Assembly: GCA_000008085.1 (NCBI GenBank)
Contig: AE017199.1
Span: 270,001 to 302,000, forward strand
DNA: 32,000 nt
From: Nanoarchaeum equitans Kin4-M
GTDB taxonomy: Archaea > Nanobdellota > Nanobdellia > Nanobdellales > Nanoarchaeaceae
Reading direction: 5' to 3'
The translations under genes were made by a program, and so were the position numbers. Shown here piece by piece: positions 1 through 8,930 of this stretch. The notes beneath the pieces were generated by a model. The model was not told the origin of the DNA, did no database searches, and saw only the letters and a list, made by a program, of their open reading frames with translations. How positions within the stretch are numbered: the first letter of the stretch is position 1; every line of letters starts with the position of its first letter.

Positions 1-507
1 AATATCGTTAACTGCTAAGTTTTTGGGAATTTGATTTCTAACCTCGTATTCCTTTTCTCCTTTTAATAGTTTGTCTAACCATTTTTTCTTTATTGTTAGC
101 CTATGTATCATAGGGAACAAATCACTTTTCTTAAAAGGTCTAAGTGTTATGGCTATTCTAGGGTTACCAATATAAACATCGGGGCTATTCTTTTGGGCAT
201 ACCCTTTTAATAATAAAACTTCATGCTTAGGCATATATTTAATATCGCCATCCCAATAAACATAAAAATATTTGTATTTTGATTGGCTTATATTTTTAAT
301 AAACTCTTCTTTCGTTTGCGATTTTTGGTCTTTGGTTACTATTAAAGTGTATTGCCCATTAGTGTAATAAATAAAATCGCCTACTCTTTCTATAGAGTTT
401 TGGGCAAACTCTATAGCTTTTTTCCATAATTCTATAGGGTTTACATCCTTTTTCTTTAATAGCCTTTTCTTTATTTTTTCTTTAGCATGTTTAGTTAGCA
501 GGAACAT
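1..507 (-). CDS. Partial CDS (C-terminus beyond window start), hypothetical protein with ASCH/PUA-like segment near the window edge
   Basis: Not in ORF track. Manual translation from CAT at 505-507: MFLLTKHAKEKIKKRLLKKKDVNPIELWKKAIEFAQNSIERVGDFIYYTNGQYTLIVTKDQ...KKWLDKLLKGEKEYEVRNQIPKNLAVNDI, open to base 1. The 'LDKLLKGEKEYEVRNQIP' segment resembles ASCH-fold proteins. Start overlaps the ABCE1 stop (TAATG). Confidence 0.6.
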   Translation of the reverse strand, partial: MFLLTKHAKEKIKKRLLKKKDVNPIELWKKAIEFAQNSIERVGDFIYYTNGQYTLIVTKDQKSQTKEEFIKNISQSKYKYFYVYWDGDIKYMPKHEVLLLKGYAQKNSPDVYIGNPRIAITLRPFKKSDLFPMIHRLTIKKKWLDKLLKGEKEYEVRNQIPKNLAVNDI

Positions 508-2231
508 TAATAATAGTATAAACCTTGGGCTTTTTGCTCTCTATCCAATCTAGAACCAGGTTCATTAATTCTTGGTCTACCATTTACTTTTCTAATTGTT
601 ATACCCATGTTTTTCAAAAACAAGTTTAGCCCTTCTTTTATAGGTAAAGGTTTATTTGCTTTCCCATATTTCGATGGCTCTCCTTCAAAAACCATTATCG
701 AATCGCTTATGTATTCCATAAACATTAGATCGTGGTCTATAACGAAAGCGGCCTTGCCTTTTTCTTTAATTATATTTCTTATTGCTCTAGCTATTCTAAC
801 CCTTTCTTCTATATCTAAAAATGCTGTTGGCTCGTCAATTAAATACAAATCTGCTTCTTTGAGTAAAGCGGCAGCGGTTATAACTTTTTGTAATTCCCCT
901 CCGCTTAATGTGGTTAAATCGTGGTCGAACAATTCATATAATTCTAAAGGCCTTATTAATAGAGAATCATAAAATTCGTTTCTATAATTGGGATTCATTT
1001 GTTCGAACAATTTTCTAACAGTAACTTCTTTAGGCTCTATATATTGAGGTTTGTAGCTAATGGTTATTTTTTTCTCTATGGGCTTAACATCAAAATCTCC
1101 TTTTAATGCTCTAATAAATGTGGTTTTTCCTATACCATTTGGGCCAACAATACCTATTATTTCTTTTTTGTATACCTCTCCTTTTTCCGCTTCTAATTTG
1201 AAATTGCCCAAATCTATTGTAAATGGTTTCCATTCTAAATATATGGTTTTGCCCCTTTCTTTTTCAGTGCCTTCTAAGAAATATAATTCGAAATCTCTAA
1301 TTCTTATATTTTCGCTTTTTAAATAGCCTTTAAGGTATTCATTTATAGCAGTATTATTACCTTTGGGTTGGCTAAATTTTCCATAAGCCGCTTTTTGACC
1401 ATAAGCTATATGTATTAACTCTACTATATAGTCCAATATAAGCAAATCATGATCTATAACGATTTTAGTTTTATTTAGGGCTTTTATTTTAAGAGCTACC
1501 CTAAGCCTTTCTCTAATGTCTAAGAAATTCGTTGGCTCATCAAAAATATATACATCGCCTTCTTTAGATAAAGAGGCATAAATCAATAGTTTTTGCAGTT
1601 CTCCCCCGCTAAGGTTTTCTATTTTTCTGTCTAATATTTTGTCTAAGCCGAATTCTTTCAATAACGGGTTATCCAATTTTATTAGCTCTCTAACGGTTTT
1701 ACCCTTAAAAACCTCTCTAAGTTTTTGTATTTCTTGTATTTTATGTATAACCTTTATTTGCCCTTTAGATAACAATTCAAAATAGTTTTGCAATTCTGTA
1801 CCTTTGAATTTTTCTATTATCTCTTCCCAGCTATATTCTTTATTATAATCGCCGAAATTTGGTTTTAGTTGCCCACTCAATATTTTTATAGCTGTAGTTT
1901 TTCCTATTCCATTGGGCCCTAAAATTCCTATAGATTTGCCCATCTTTACTATTGGCAAGGAAAACAACCTAAAAGAGTTAGGCCCATATTGAAATACGAC
2001 TTCGCCCTTCGCTTCTGGGACATTAATTATTTTTATGGCTTTGAATGGGCATTTTTTAACACATAACCCACATCCAATACAAATAGATTCATCGATTACA
2101 GGTTTGCCATCGATTATTTCTATACATTTCTTTCCTGCCCTATTTAAAGGGCAAAAATTGTAGCATTCGTAGTTACATTTGTTAGGCTTACATTTAGTTC
2201 TATCTATTATGGCAATACGCATTTGGATCAA
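507..2231 (-). CDS. ABCE1/Rli1-type ribosome recycling ATPase (real start may be the internal ATG at 2222)
   Basis: N-terminal Fe-S motif (CKPNKCNYECYNFCPLNRAGKKC, CIGCGLCVKKCP), two ABC domains (GPNGIGKTT x2, LSGGELQK x2), C-terminal GSRLDREQK. Confidence 0.97.
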   Translation of the reverse strand: MIQMRIAIIDRTKCKPNKCNYECYNFCPLNRAGKKCIEIIDGKPVIDESICIGCGLCVKKCPFKAIKIINVPEAKGEVVFQYGPNSFRLFSLPIVKMGKSIGILGPNGIGKTTAIKILSGQLKPNFGDYNKEYSWEEIIEKFKGTELQNYFELLSKGQIKVIHKIQEIQKLREVFKGKTVRELIKLDNPLLKEFGLDKILDRKIENLSGGELQKLLIYASLSKEGDVYIFDEPTNFLDIRERLRVALKIKALNKTKIVIDHDLLILDYIVELIHIAYGQKAAYGKFSQPKGNNTAINEYLKGYLKSENIRIRDFELYFLEGTEKERGKTIYLEWKPFTIDLGNFKLEAEKGEVYKKEIIGIVGPNGIGKTTFIRALKGDFDVKPIEKKITISYKPQYIEPKEVTVRKLFEQMNPNYRNEFYDSLLIRPLELYELFDHDLTTLSGGELQKVITAAALLKEADLYLIDEPTAFLDIEERVRIARAIRNIIKEKGKAAFVIDHDLMFMEYISDSIMVFEGEPSKYGKANKPLPIKEGLNLFLKNMGITIRKVNGRPRINEPGSRLDREQKAQGLYYY

Positions 2232-2288
2232 AAATGGATAGCTATAAAAAAGGTGTTACTCTTATTATTCACTCGTAGTTACTTAACC

Positions 2289-2298
2289 TTATAAAAGG
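2289..2298 (+). promoter_or_regulatory. TATA box of the S-layer gene; spacing implies a leaderless transcript
   Basis: TTATAAAAGG about 26 nt upstream of ATG at 2316. Confidence 0.5.
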
Positions 2299-2315
2299 TT
2301 TGGCCAAAATATATT

Positions 2316-5141
2316 ATGAAAACTCTAGCAAAAGCCCAAGTAGTTTTAGCAAGCGGTATGTTATTGGCTGGAGCAGTAGCCCAAAACGACCAAACACAAA
2401 ACAACACAGAAACCTTAAAGAGCTTTGTAAACAAAATGGTTCAAGATTTGTCTAAAGTAAGAATTGTTATTAGCGACGCTCCAACTGTAGAGGAAGCAAT
2501 GGCTGCTACAGATGTTGCATTAGTTTTATATTACAAAGCTGTAGAAGTATCTAAACAAGAAAAAGAAGTAACTTATGAAGTAAAAAGCAAAAAAGTAGTA
2601 GTTGAATATCCAAAAACAGTATCCGAAAATGAGGTACCCTTATACAAAGCTACAGAGAAAATTGAATTAGGAGAAGGTTTAACTGGAGGTGGTGTATATT
2701 CCATCTCTAACGAATTAGTATTCAAAGATGGAAAAATAAAAGACAAAGACAATGTAGAATATTATTACACAGTTAGATTCAAACCTTCTTCTAACGCAAT
2801 AGTAGTGTTTAAAGACAAACAAGACACAGAGGAAGAAGATCCTACTGTATTAATAGATGGAGGTAGTAATGAATTCTATACAATAGAAGTAACATTTACT
2901 CCAAGCTTACCAAGTGATACAGATACTTTAGAGGATAAAGAATTAAATCAAAAAGCAATGGAGATAGCAGGCAAGAAGTTCTATATCTCTGAAGTAGGAG
3001 ACAAGAAAATTGTATTGAGAGAAGCAAGCAATGTAGTAACATTAAATGTTGGTGAATCTTACGAGTTTGAAGGTAAAAAAGTTGAATTGGTAGATGTAGT
3101 AAAACAAGGGGACGAGTATTATGCTGTGATTAAAGTAGGGGATGACCAAGAAACAATAAAAGTTAATGACGAAGAAAAAGTAGGTGGAGTTGATGTAAAA
3201 GTATTGGGCGCATGGGTATCTGAAACACAAGAAGGGAAAGCTTATGCAAAAGTTATATTAGGAGGGAAGAAAATAGAATTACAAGAAGGAAACAAAGTAA
3301 AAGTTGGTGGCGAAGACATAGATAATACAGAAGTTATAAAAGCAGGACCATCTGGATTTAAGATAAAGGTATATGTAAACAAAGACGATACAACAAAGAA
3401 CTACTTAGAAAATGGAAAAGAATTAGTAGACCCAGTATTTGGCACATTTAAATTAGTATTCAAACCAGTAGACTTGGTAGCAGGAAAAGAAAAAGTAAAA
3501 GTATACGCATCTGGAGAAGATGCATATATAAAACTACCATTAGTAGAAGGAGAAAAAACATTCAAAATAGTAGACGGTATTGATGATAGTAATAATTTAG
3601 TAATTAATGAAGATTGGTATGTTTCAATTGGGGAATCCCCCGACGCTAATAGTTTCAACAAGTTATTAACAGTACTAGGGGGAGTTTCTGGCGACTTAAG
3701 AGTTAATATATATTATAAGGATAGTAACGGTGTAAAGAAACCATACTTTGTAGTATCATTGCCAACAAGCAGAGAAACATATGTATACCAAGTTAACTCT
3801 GTAACAGTGGATAACGATAATAACATTGCAAAAGTAGAGTTAAAAGATGTTGTAACTGGAAACACATTTACTGTAAATGTTGACTTGAATACTGGCTATA
3901 CAACATTAACCATAGGTGGAGTCGACTTTGAACTACATGTTAGCACTGATAGTAGCAAAACTGTTGTATACTTAGACAAAGTGGTTGTAATACCATCTCT
4001 ATTATTCTACACAAAGGATGGCCATAAAGTATATATATGGAAGAAAGATAGCAATGTATATACAATAGTAAGCGAATTCCAAGGAAACGACGTGTACACT
4101 TTTGCTGGAGAGGTAGAGTTATATCCAGATACAAACGATAAGAAAGTGGCTGTAAGCTTCCCTAGGCAAGACCAAAACTTAAAACTAGAGGGACTAGAAC
4201 CATTCATATTAGTTAAAGCTGAATGGGGTAATGATGTTGCATACAACACATCTAATGGTGATAATACAGTTACTGCAAACTTAACTATCGTTGATGTATT
4301 ACATTGGTATGAAAAATCACTCAATAATGTACAACTAACAGTAACTGCCCAATCTGGAAATGATACAGCACAAGGTTATGTATATTATAACACAAGCGAT
4401 GGGCTAAGCTTCAAAATCACAGTAACTGCAACACTTCCAGATAACCCCGATGACAACGCAAGCGAAAATGTTGTTAATGATGGTGCAACCCTTAACGTTA
4501 AGGTAACAGAGGAAGATAGCGTATTAAATGATAAAATGGTAAGAAACTTCGTTTCACTAGAGGACAACGAATTCAAAGGATTAGATCAATGGGGCACATA
4601 TATCCATGGAGACGAAGAGAAGGACGGCGATGGTTATGTAGAATTCTATGTACCAAACGAAAAAGTATGGTACGACATAAGAGTAGCCAAAACTGGGGAA
4701 ACCAAAGAAGAATATCAAACAATGGAATTGACACCAGGTGAAAAGATAGACAATACACAATACAAAGTGAAAGATGTACAAGCAGATGTAGAAATAAACC
4801 CAACCAAATACTACGAATACAAAGTAAAACCAGTATATGGATTAGTAGTAGCAGATGTAGAAGCAGTTAGCGGTTGCCAAGTAGCCGGTGCAGAATACGC
4901 AATAGCAATAGGTACACCAACAGACAACATGTTAGTAGCAAACTGTGTTAAAGAAGAATTAATGCCAGGACAAGCATTAGTTAAACTATTAGCAGACAAG
5001 AAAGTAGTAGTAATGACAGGTAAGACCCCAGCATTAGCAGCCAAAGCAGCAGAAGAGTTTGCTAAAAAAGTAATGAACGATGAAGTACCAGAAAAAGCAG
5101 AGATGGTAGTAACACAAGAAGGAACAGTAGCAAGCCAATAA
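2316..5141 (+). CDS. S-layer-like surface protein, 941 aa
   Basis: Signal peptide (MKTLAKAQVVLASGMLLAGAVAQN), long Val/Asp/Thr-rich beta-type ectodomain, archaeal S-layer-like ends (N-term KVRIVISDAPTVEEAMAATDVAL; C-term VVVMTGKTPALAAKAAEEFAKKV), strong TATA box. Confidence 0.85.
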   Translation: MKTLAKAQVVLASGMLLAGAVAQNDQTQNNTETLKSFVNKMVQDLSKVRIVISDAPTVEEAMAATDVALVLYYKAVEVSKQEKEVTYEVKSKKVVVEYPKTVSENEVPLYKATEKIELGEGLTGGGVYSISNELVFKDGKIKDKDNVEYYYTVRFKPSSNAIVVFKDKQDTEEEDPTVLIDGGSNEFYTIEVTFTPSLPSDTDTLEDKELNQKAMEIAGKKFYISEVGDKKIVLREASNVVTLNVGESYEFEGKKVELVDVVKQGDEYYAVIKVGDDQETIKVNDEEKVGGVDVKVLGAWVSETQEGKAYAKVILGGKKIELQEGNKVKVGGEDIDNTEVIKAGPSGFKIKVYVNKDDTTKNYLENGKELVDPVFGTFKLVFKPVDLVAGKEKVKVYASGEDAYIKLPLVEGEKTFKIVDGIDDSNNLVINEDWYVSIGESPDANSFNKLLTVLGGVSGDLRVNIYYKDSNGVKKPYFVVSLPTSRETYVYQVNSVTVDNDNNIAKVELKDVVTGNTFTVNVDLNTGYTTLTIGGVDFELHVSTDSSKTVVYLDKVVVIPSLLFYTKDGHKVYIWKKDSNVYTIVSEFQGNDVYTFAGEVELYPDTNDKKVAVSFPRQDQNLKLEGLEPFILVKAEWGNDVAYNTSNGDNTVTANLTIVDVLHWYEKSLNNVQLTVTAQSGNDTAQGYVYYNTSDGLSFKITVTATLPDNPDDNASENVVNDGATLNVKVTEEDSVLNDKMVRNFVSLEDNEFKGLDQWGTYIHGDEEKDGDGYVEFYVPNEKVWYDIRVAKTGETKEEYQTMELTPGEKIDNTQYKVKDVQADVEINPTKYYEYKVKPVYGLVVADVEAVSGCQVAGAEYAIAIGTPTDNMLVANCVKEELMPGQALVKLLADKKVVVMTGKTPALAAKAAEEFAKKVMNDEVPEKAEMVVTQEGTVASQ

Positions 5142-5145
5142 AATT

Positions 5146-5436
5146 TTAGAGAATAGATAAGATAATTTTTACTATATCTGGATAACCTTTCTCTGCTTCT
5201 TCTTTTATTTTCTCTCTTACTAGGTCTTTCTTATCTAATAGTTCTTTTAATTTCTTTTTTACAATCTCTCTTAATATTTGCCTTAATTGATAAGGGGTTA
5301 AATTGTATTCCATTGCTACTCTATCAAATAGCTCTATTAGCTCTTGGTTCTCTGAATATAACCAAAAGTATCTTCTTCCCATTCCTCTCCCCATTCCTTT
5401 CCTTCTACCGAACCCATAACCACCTATGCCCATCAT
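5146..5436 (-). CDS. Small protein with Gly/Arg-rich N-terminus and helical C-terminus, unknown function (ORF track start 5553 is probably too long)
   Basis: ORF 5146..5553; internal MMGIGGYGFGRRKGMGRGMGRR start at 5436 avoids overlapping the divergent GluRS gene. C-term DRVAMEYNLTPYQLRQILREIVKKKLKELL. Confidence 0.55.
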   Translation of the reverse strand: MMGIGGYGFGRRKGMGRGMGRRYFWLYSENQELIELFDRVAMEYNLTPYQLRQILREIVKKKLKELLDKKDLVREKIKEEAEKGYPDIVKIILSIL

Positions 5437-5496
5437 GGTACCGAAAGTACCAATGGGTAATTTAAAAGCTTTAACTATATAGGTTTCGCCCAAAGA

Positions 5497-7185
5497 ATGT
5501 ACAAAGAAATAATAGCCTATCTTAAGCTTAAATATGGAAAAGTAAAACCCCAATCTGTTATTGGTAAAATAATAGCTAAAAACCCCGAGTTAAAAGCTAA
5601 AATAAAAGAGCTAATCCCTATAATAGAGCAAGAGATAAAAGAGGTAGAACAAATGGATATAGAACAAATAAAAGAATTAGCTAAAGCTTATGAACAAACC
5701 ATAGAGAAAAAAGAAAAAGACATAGAGATACCGGTAAAAGACAAAGTAATAACAAGATTTGCTCCAAACCCCTCGGGGTTATTACATATAGGCCATGCAA
5801 GAGCTATAGTTCTAAACCATTATATTGCAAAAAAATATAATGGCCAATTCATATTAAGAATAGAAGATACCGATCCAGATGTAAAAAAACCTATGATTGA
5901 GGCTTACGAGTTAATACCGAAAGATGTGGAATGGTTAATACAAGAAAAGCCCGACAAAATAGTTGTACAAAGTGATAGATTAGATATTTACTATAAATAT
6001 ATAGAAGAGCTTATAAAACAAGGCAAAGCATATGTTTGTTTATGTAAAGCTGAGGAATTTAGAGAATATAGAAACAAAGGTTTACCTTGCCCCCATAGGA
6101 ATCAATCTATAGAAGAAAACCTAGAGTTATGGAGCAAAATGTTAAAAGGCGAATTCAAAAAAGGAGAAGCGGTAGTAAGATTAAAAACAGATTTAACTCA
6201 CAAAGACCCCGGGGTAAGGGATTTCCCCATAGCGAGGATAGTAGAAAACCCTCATCCTAGAATAGGGTATAAACCTGTATTTCCATTATATAATTTTGCT
6301 GTCGTAATAGATGACCATTTACTTGGCATAACCCATGTTATTAGAATGAAAGAACATACAAACAATGCTATAAAGCAATCTTTTATATATAAAGCATTTG
6401 GTTGGGAAGAACCCATCTATTTGGAGTATGGTGCTCTATTAACGGATATGCCCACACATAAAAGCGAAATAAGAAAATTAATAGAACAAAAACAAATCGA
6501 AGGTTGGGATGATATTAGATTGCCAACATTAATAGCATTAAGAAGGAGGGGAATTTTACCAGAGGCGATATATGAATATATAGTAAAAGATGTAGGATTA
6601 AACAAAGCCGATATAAAAGTAGATTGGAACAAAATATATTATTATCATAAAATTAGGATAGACAAACAAACTCCCAGATATTTTATGATTAGAGATCCTA
6701 TCGCAATAGTAATAGAAAACTATGACGATATTATAGACAAATTCGAAATAAAAAATGGCATCCCATATAAAAAGATTTCTAAACATCCAGATGTTGATTT
6801 GGGGTATAGGGAATTACCAATAAAAGAGGTATTATATATAGACAAAAGAGATGCTGAAAGGCTCAAACAAAAGCCATTAAGATTATTCGAGCTATTCAAT
6901 ATAAAATTTGTGGGCGAAATAGAAATTGAGTATGGCGATGAATATTCTAAAACAAAAGAGAAAGCTTATGCTGTTAGAGTTATATCTTTCGATGTGCAAG
7001 AAGCAATAAAAAACAAATACCCCATAGTGCAATGGTTACCGGAATATGAAGAAACTACATTATTTGAATTGGATGGATATAAAAAAGCTTATGTAGAGCC
7101 AAACATTAAAGAGAATTATGTGCATTTTATTAGAGAAGGTTATTATAAAAGGGAAAATGATAAATGGATATTTAGTGTGAAATAG
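5497..7185 (+). CDS. gltX: Glutamyl-tRNA synthetase (archaeal type)
   Basis: RFAPNPSGLLHIGHARAIVLNHYIAKKYNGQFILRIEDTDP, GWDDIRLPTLIALRRRGI. Confidence 0.95.
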   Translation: MYKEIIAYLKLKYGKVKPQSVIGKIIAKNPELKAKIKELIPIIEQEIKEVEQMDIEQIKELAKAYEQTIEKKEKDIEIPVKDKVITRFAPNPSGLLHIGHARAIVLNHYIAKKYNGQFILRIEDTDPDVKKPMIEAYELIPKDVEWLIQEKPDKIVVQSDRLDIYYKYIEELIKQGKAYVCLCKAEEFREYRNKGLPCPHRNQSIEENLELWSKMLKGEFKKGEAVVRLKTDLTHKDPGVRDFPIARIVENPHPRIGYKPVFPLYNFAVVIDDHLLGITHVIRMKEHTNNAIKQSFIYKAFGWEEPIYLEYGALLTDMPTHKSEIRKLIEQKQIEGWDDIRLPTLIALRRRGILPEAIYEYIVKDVGLNKADIKVDWNKIYYYHKIRIDKQTPRYFMIRDPIAIVIENYDDIIDKFEIKNGIPYKKISKHPDVDLGYRELPIKEVLYIDKRDAERLKQKPLRLFELFNIKFVGEIEIEYGDEYSKTKEKAYAVRVISFDVQEAIKNKYPIVQWLPEYEETTLFELDGYKKAYVEPNIKENYVHFIREGYYKRENDKWIFSVK

Positions 7186-7213
7186 TTTTAAATGCCCTAT
7201 TATTAAAACGCCA

Positions 7214-7471
7214 ATGCGTGGTATAGTGATTAGCTATAGAAGGGGCAAGCACACCCAGAATAATTACCAAGTTATAGTACAACCAGAGAATGTATTCGAT
7301 AAAAAAGAAGCCTCTAAATTGGTTGGTAAAAAAGTAATATGGAAAAGCCCCACAGGAAAAACCTTTGTTGGGGTAATAACAGCCCCACATGGTAATAAAG
7401 GCAAAGTAAGAGTAAGATTTAGAAAGGGGGTCCCAGGCCAGATGTTAGGTAAACTAGTAACAATACAATGA
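7214..7471 (+). CDS. rpl35ae: Ribosomal protein eL33 (L35Ae)
   Basis: MRGIVISYRRGKHTQNNYQVIVQPENVFDKKEASKLVGKKVIWKSPTGKTFVGVITAPHGNKGKVRVRFRKGVPGQ. Confidence 0.92.
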   Translation: MRGIVISYRRGKHTQNNYQVIVQPENVFDKKEASKLVGKKVIWKSPTGKTFVGVITAPHGNKGKVRVRFRKGVPGQMLGKLVTIQ

Positions 7472-7665
7472 TCCGCAATAGAATATTAGAAATATTAAAC
7501 GAAAGGGGAAAAATAGAGTTCAAAGAGCTGGTAAAAGAGTTAAAAACCCACCCATATGTTGTTAGAAAAATAGTTGAAGAACTAAGAAGGGAAGGAAAAA
7601 TAAATCTAACAAAAGAGGTTTACCATCACAAACCCAAAAAGTTTAAACTATTTGTATCACTTTAG
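7468..7665 (+). CDS. Small winged-helix-like protein, 65 aa
   Basis: RNRILEILNERGKIEFKELVKELKTHPYVVRKIVEELRREGKI; ATGA overlap with eL33. Confidence 0.6.
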   Translation: MIRNRILEILNERGKIEFKELVKELKTHPYVVRKIVEELRREGKINLTKEVYHHKPKKFKLFVSL

Positions 7666-7714
7666 AGTTTTCAAATTCTCGATTTTCGTTTTAACATTTT
7701 CATCTATAGAAGTT

Positions 7715-7846
7715 ATGGCACTATTGTTAGATTTAGCTAAGCTATTAGCCAAATATAAAATAATTGCTGCCAATGCTATAGATATTGCAAAAACAATAAT
7801 AACATCTATAGCAATAGCTTTTTTATTGGCCATCCCTATAATATAA
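7715..7846 (+). CDS. Single-TM microprotein, about 43 aa, unknown
   Basis: MALLLDLAKLLAKYKIIAANAIDIAKTIITSIAIAFLLAIPII; stop directly abuts the next ATG at 7847. ORF track places a TTG start at 7652, overlapping the previous gene. Confidence 0.45.
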   Translation: MALLLDLAKLLAKYKIIAANAIDIAKTIITSIAIAFLLAIPII

Positions 7847-8290
7847 ATGGATTGGTTAAAAGTTTTAAGGAATATAGCGGATTATTGGTTTGGCCCAAAT
7901 ACTGGAAAAATGCTAATCCCGGACAATGCTAAAATAATATTTGGAAAAACTAATAGACCCAGGCAGGTTTGGTATAATAATAGAAGGCTTTTCTCTATTA
8001 GGGCAGAGGATTTCTATTATATTTTAGGATATGGAGCTTTGTTAATAAAAGACAAACTAAAGAAAGTCTATATCGATACAAGTTTAGAGAAAAAAAGCTC
8101 TATTATTGGGAAAGACATAAAAGATTATGACAAATTTAAACCAGGAGAGAATGTGCTTATTTATTATAATAATAAACCTATCGCTGTTGGTATTGCGAGA
8201 CTTTCCTATAAAGAGATTTATGGCAATAACGAAATTATAAAGATAAAAGAAAAATTCTCAAATGATAGCGATAGTAACTGGGGACTCTAG
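7847..8290 (+). CDS. Stand-alone ArcTGT C-terminal (C2 plus PUA)-like protein
   Basis: IADYWFGPNTGKMLIPDNAKIIFGKTNRPRQVWYNNRRLFSIRAEDFYYILGYGALLI...KFKPGENVLIYYNNKPIAVGIARLSYKEI matches the accessory-domain pattern of archaeosine tRNA-guanine transglycosylase; no catalytic TGT domain adjacent. Confidence 0.65.
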   Translation: MDWLKVLRNIADYWFGPNTGKMLIPDNAKIIFGKTNRPRQVWYNNRRLFSIRAEDFYYILGYGALLIKDKLKKVYIDTSLEKKSSIIGKDIKDYDKFKPGENVLIYYNNKPIAVGIARLSYKEIYGNNEIIKIKEKFSNDSDSNWGL

Positions 8291-8930
8291 GGGAATAGGA
8301 AAAGCAATAGCAGAGAGATTGTATGGATTAGGATATAAAACAATTGGCATTGCTAGATCTAATGTAAAAACCGATTGGATACATGTTACAGGGGATATAA
8401 CAAAAGAGGAAACATGGGACAAAGTATTAGAATTAATAGACCAACCCATAAGGGTTTTTGTTCACAATGCTGGAATACACGAAAAGAAGACATTCGAATA
8501 TAATAGTTTGGATGAAATAAAAAAAGTATATGAAGTTAATGTTTTTAGCGCGATATTAGGGTTGAAAAAATTATATAAGCATATCCCAAGGGATGAAAAC
8601 TCTTTGATAGTATTTATTTCATCTATAACCGCTTTTGCCGGTTCTAATAGTGGGGGTATAGGCTATGTTTCTTCTAAAGCAGCTTTGGTTGGATTGGCTA
8701 AACAATTATCTAAAGAATTAAAACCTATTAGGGTTAATGCTATTGCCCCTGGTTACACCGAAACGGATATGATAAAACATTGGGATGAAAAAAGAAAAGA
8801 AGAGACAATAAAAAGAATCCCCTTGGGAAGGTTAGGGAAACCTGAAGATATAGCAGATGTAGTAGAGATGTTAATAAAAGCCAAATACATTAATGGGCAA
8901 ACCATACATGTAAATGGGGGCTTATACTAG
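8262..8930 (+). CDS. SDR-family oxidoreductase (FabG-like)
   Basis: IAIVTGDSRGIGKAIAERL, HNAG, YVSSKAALVGLAKQLSKEL, RVNAIAPGYTETDM. Confidence 0.92.
   Translation: MIAIVTGDSRGIGKAIAERLYGLGYKTIGIARSNVKTDWIHVTGDITKEETWDKVLELIDQPIRVFVHNAGIHEKKTFEYNSLDEIKKVYEVNVFSAILGLKKLYKHIPRDENSLIVFISSITAFAGSNSGGIGYVSSKAALVGLAKQLSKELKPIRVNAIAPGYTETDMIKHWDEKRKEETIKRIPLGRLGKPEDIADVVEMLIKAKYINGQTIHVNGGLY

Noticed and set aside
1001-1012. GTTCGAAC string resembling a tRNA T-loop (possible tRNA half)
   Set aside because: Lies within conserved ABCE1 coding sequence and has no flanking paired stem; no other T-loop-like motif suggesting split tRNAs was found outside the tRNA-Leu.
607-1326. Plus-strand ORFs (607..972, 1060..1326) inside ABCE1
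   Set aside because: Antisense shadow ORFs over a strongly conserved protein; low-complexity Ser/Leu/Phe composition.
3042-5044. Seven minus-strand ORFs antisense to the S-layer gene (3042, 3401, 3940, 4007, 4385, 4581, 4811) and one plus-strand ORF (4573..4803)
   Set aside because: Shadow ORFs caused by codon bias in a long real CDS; no independent promoters or recognisable motifs.
6417-7390. Minus-strand ORFs 6417..6632, 6598..6786 and 7172..7390
   Set aside because: Antisense to GluRS and eL33 coding sequence; no supporting features.
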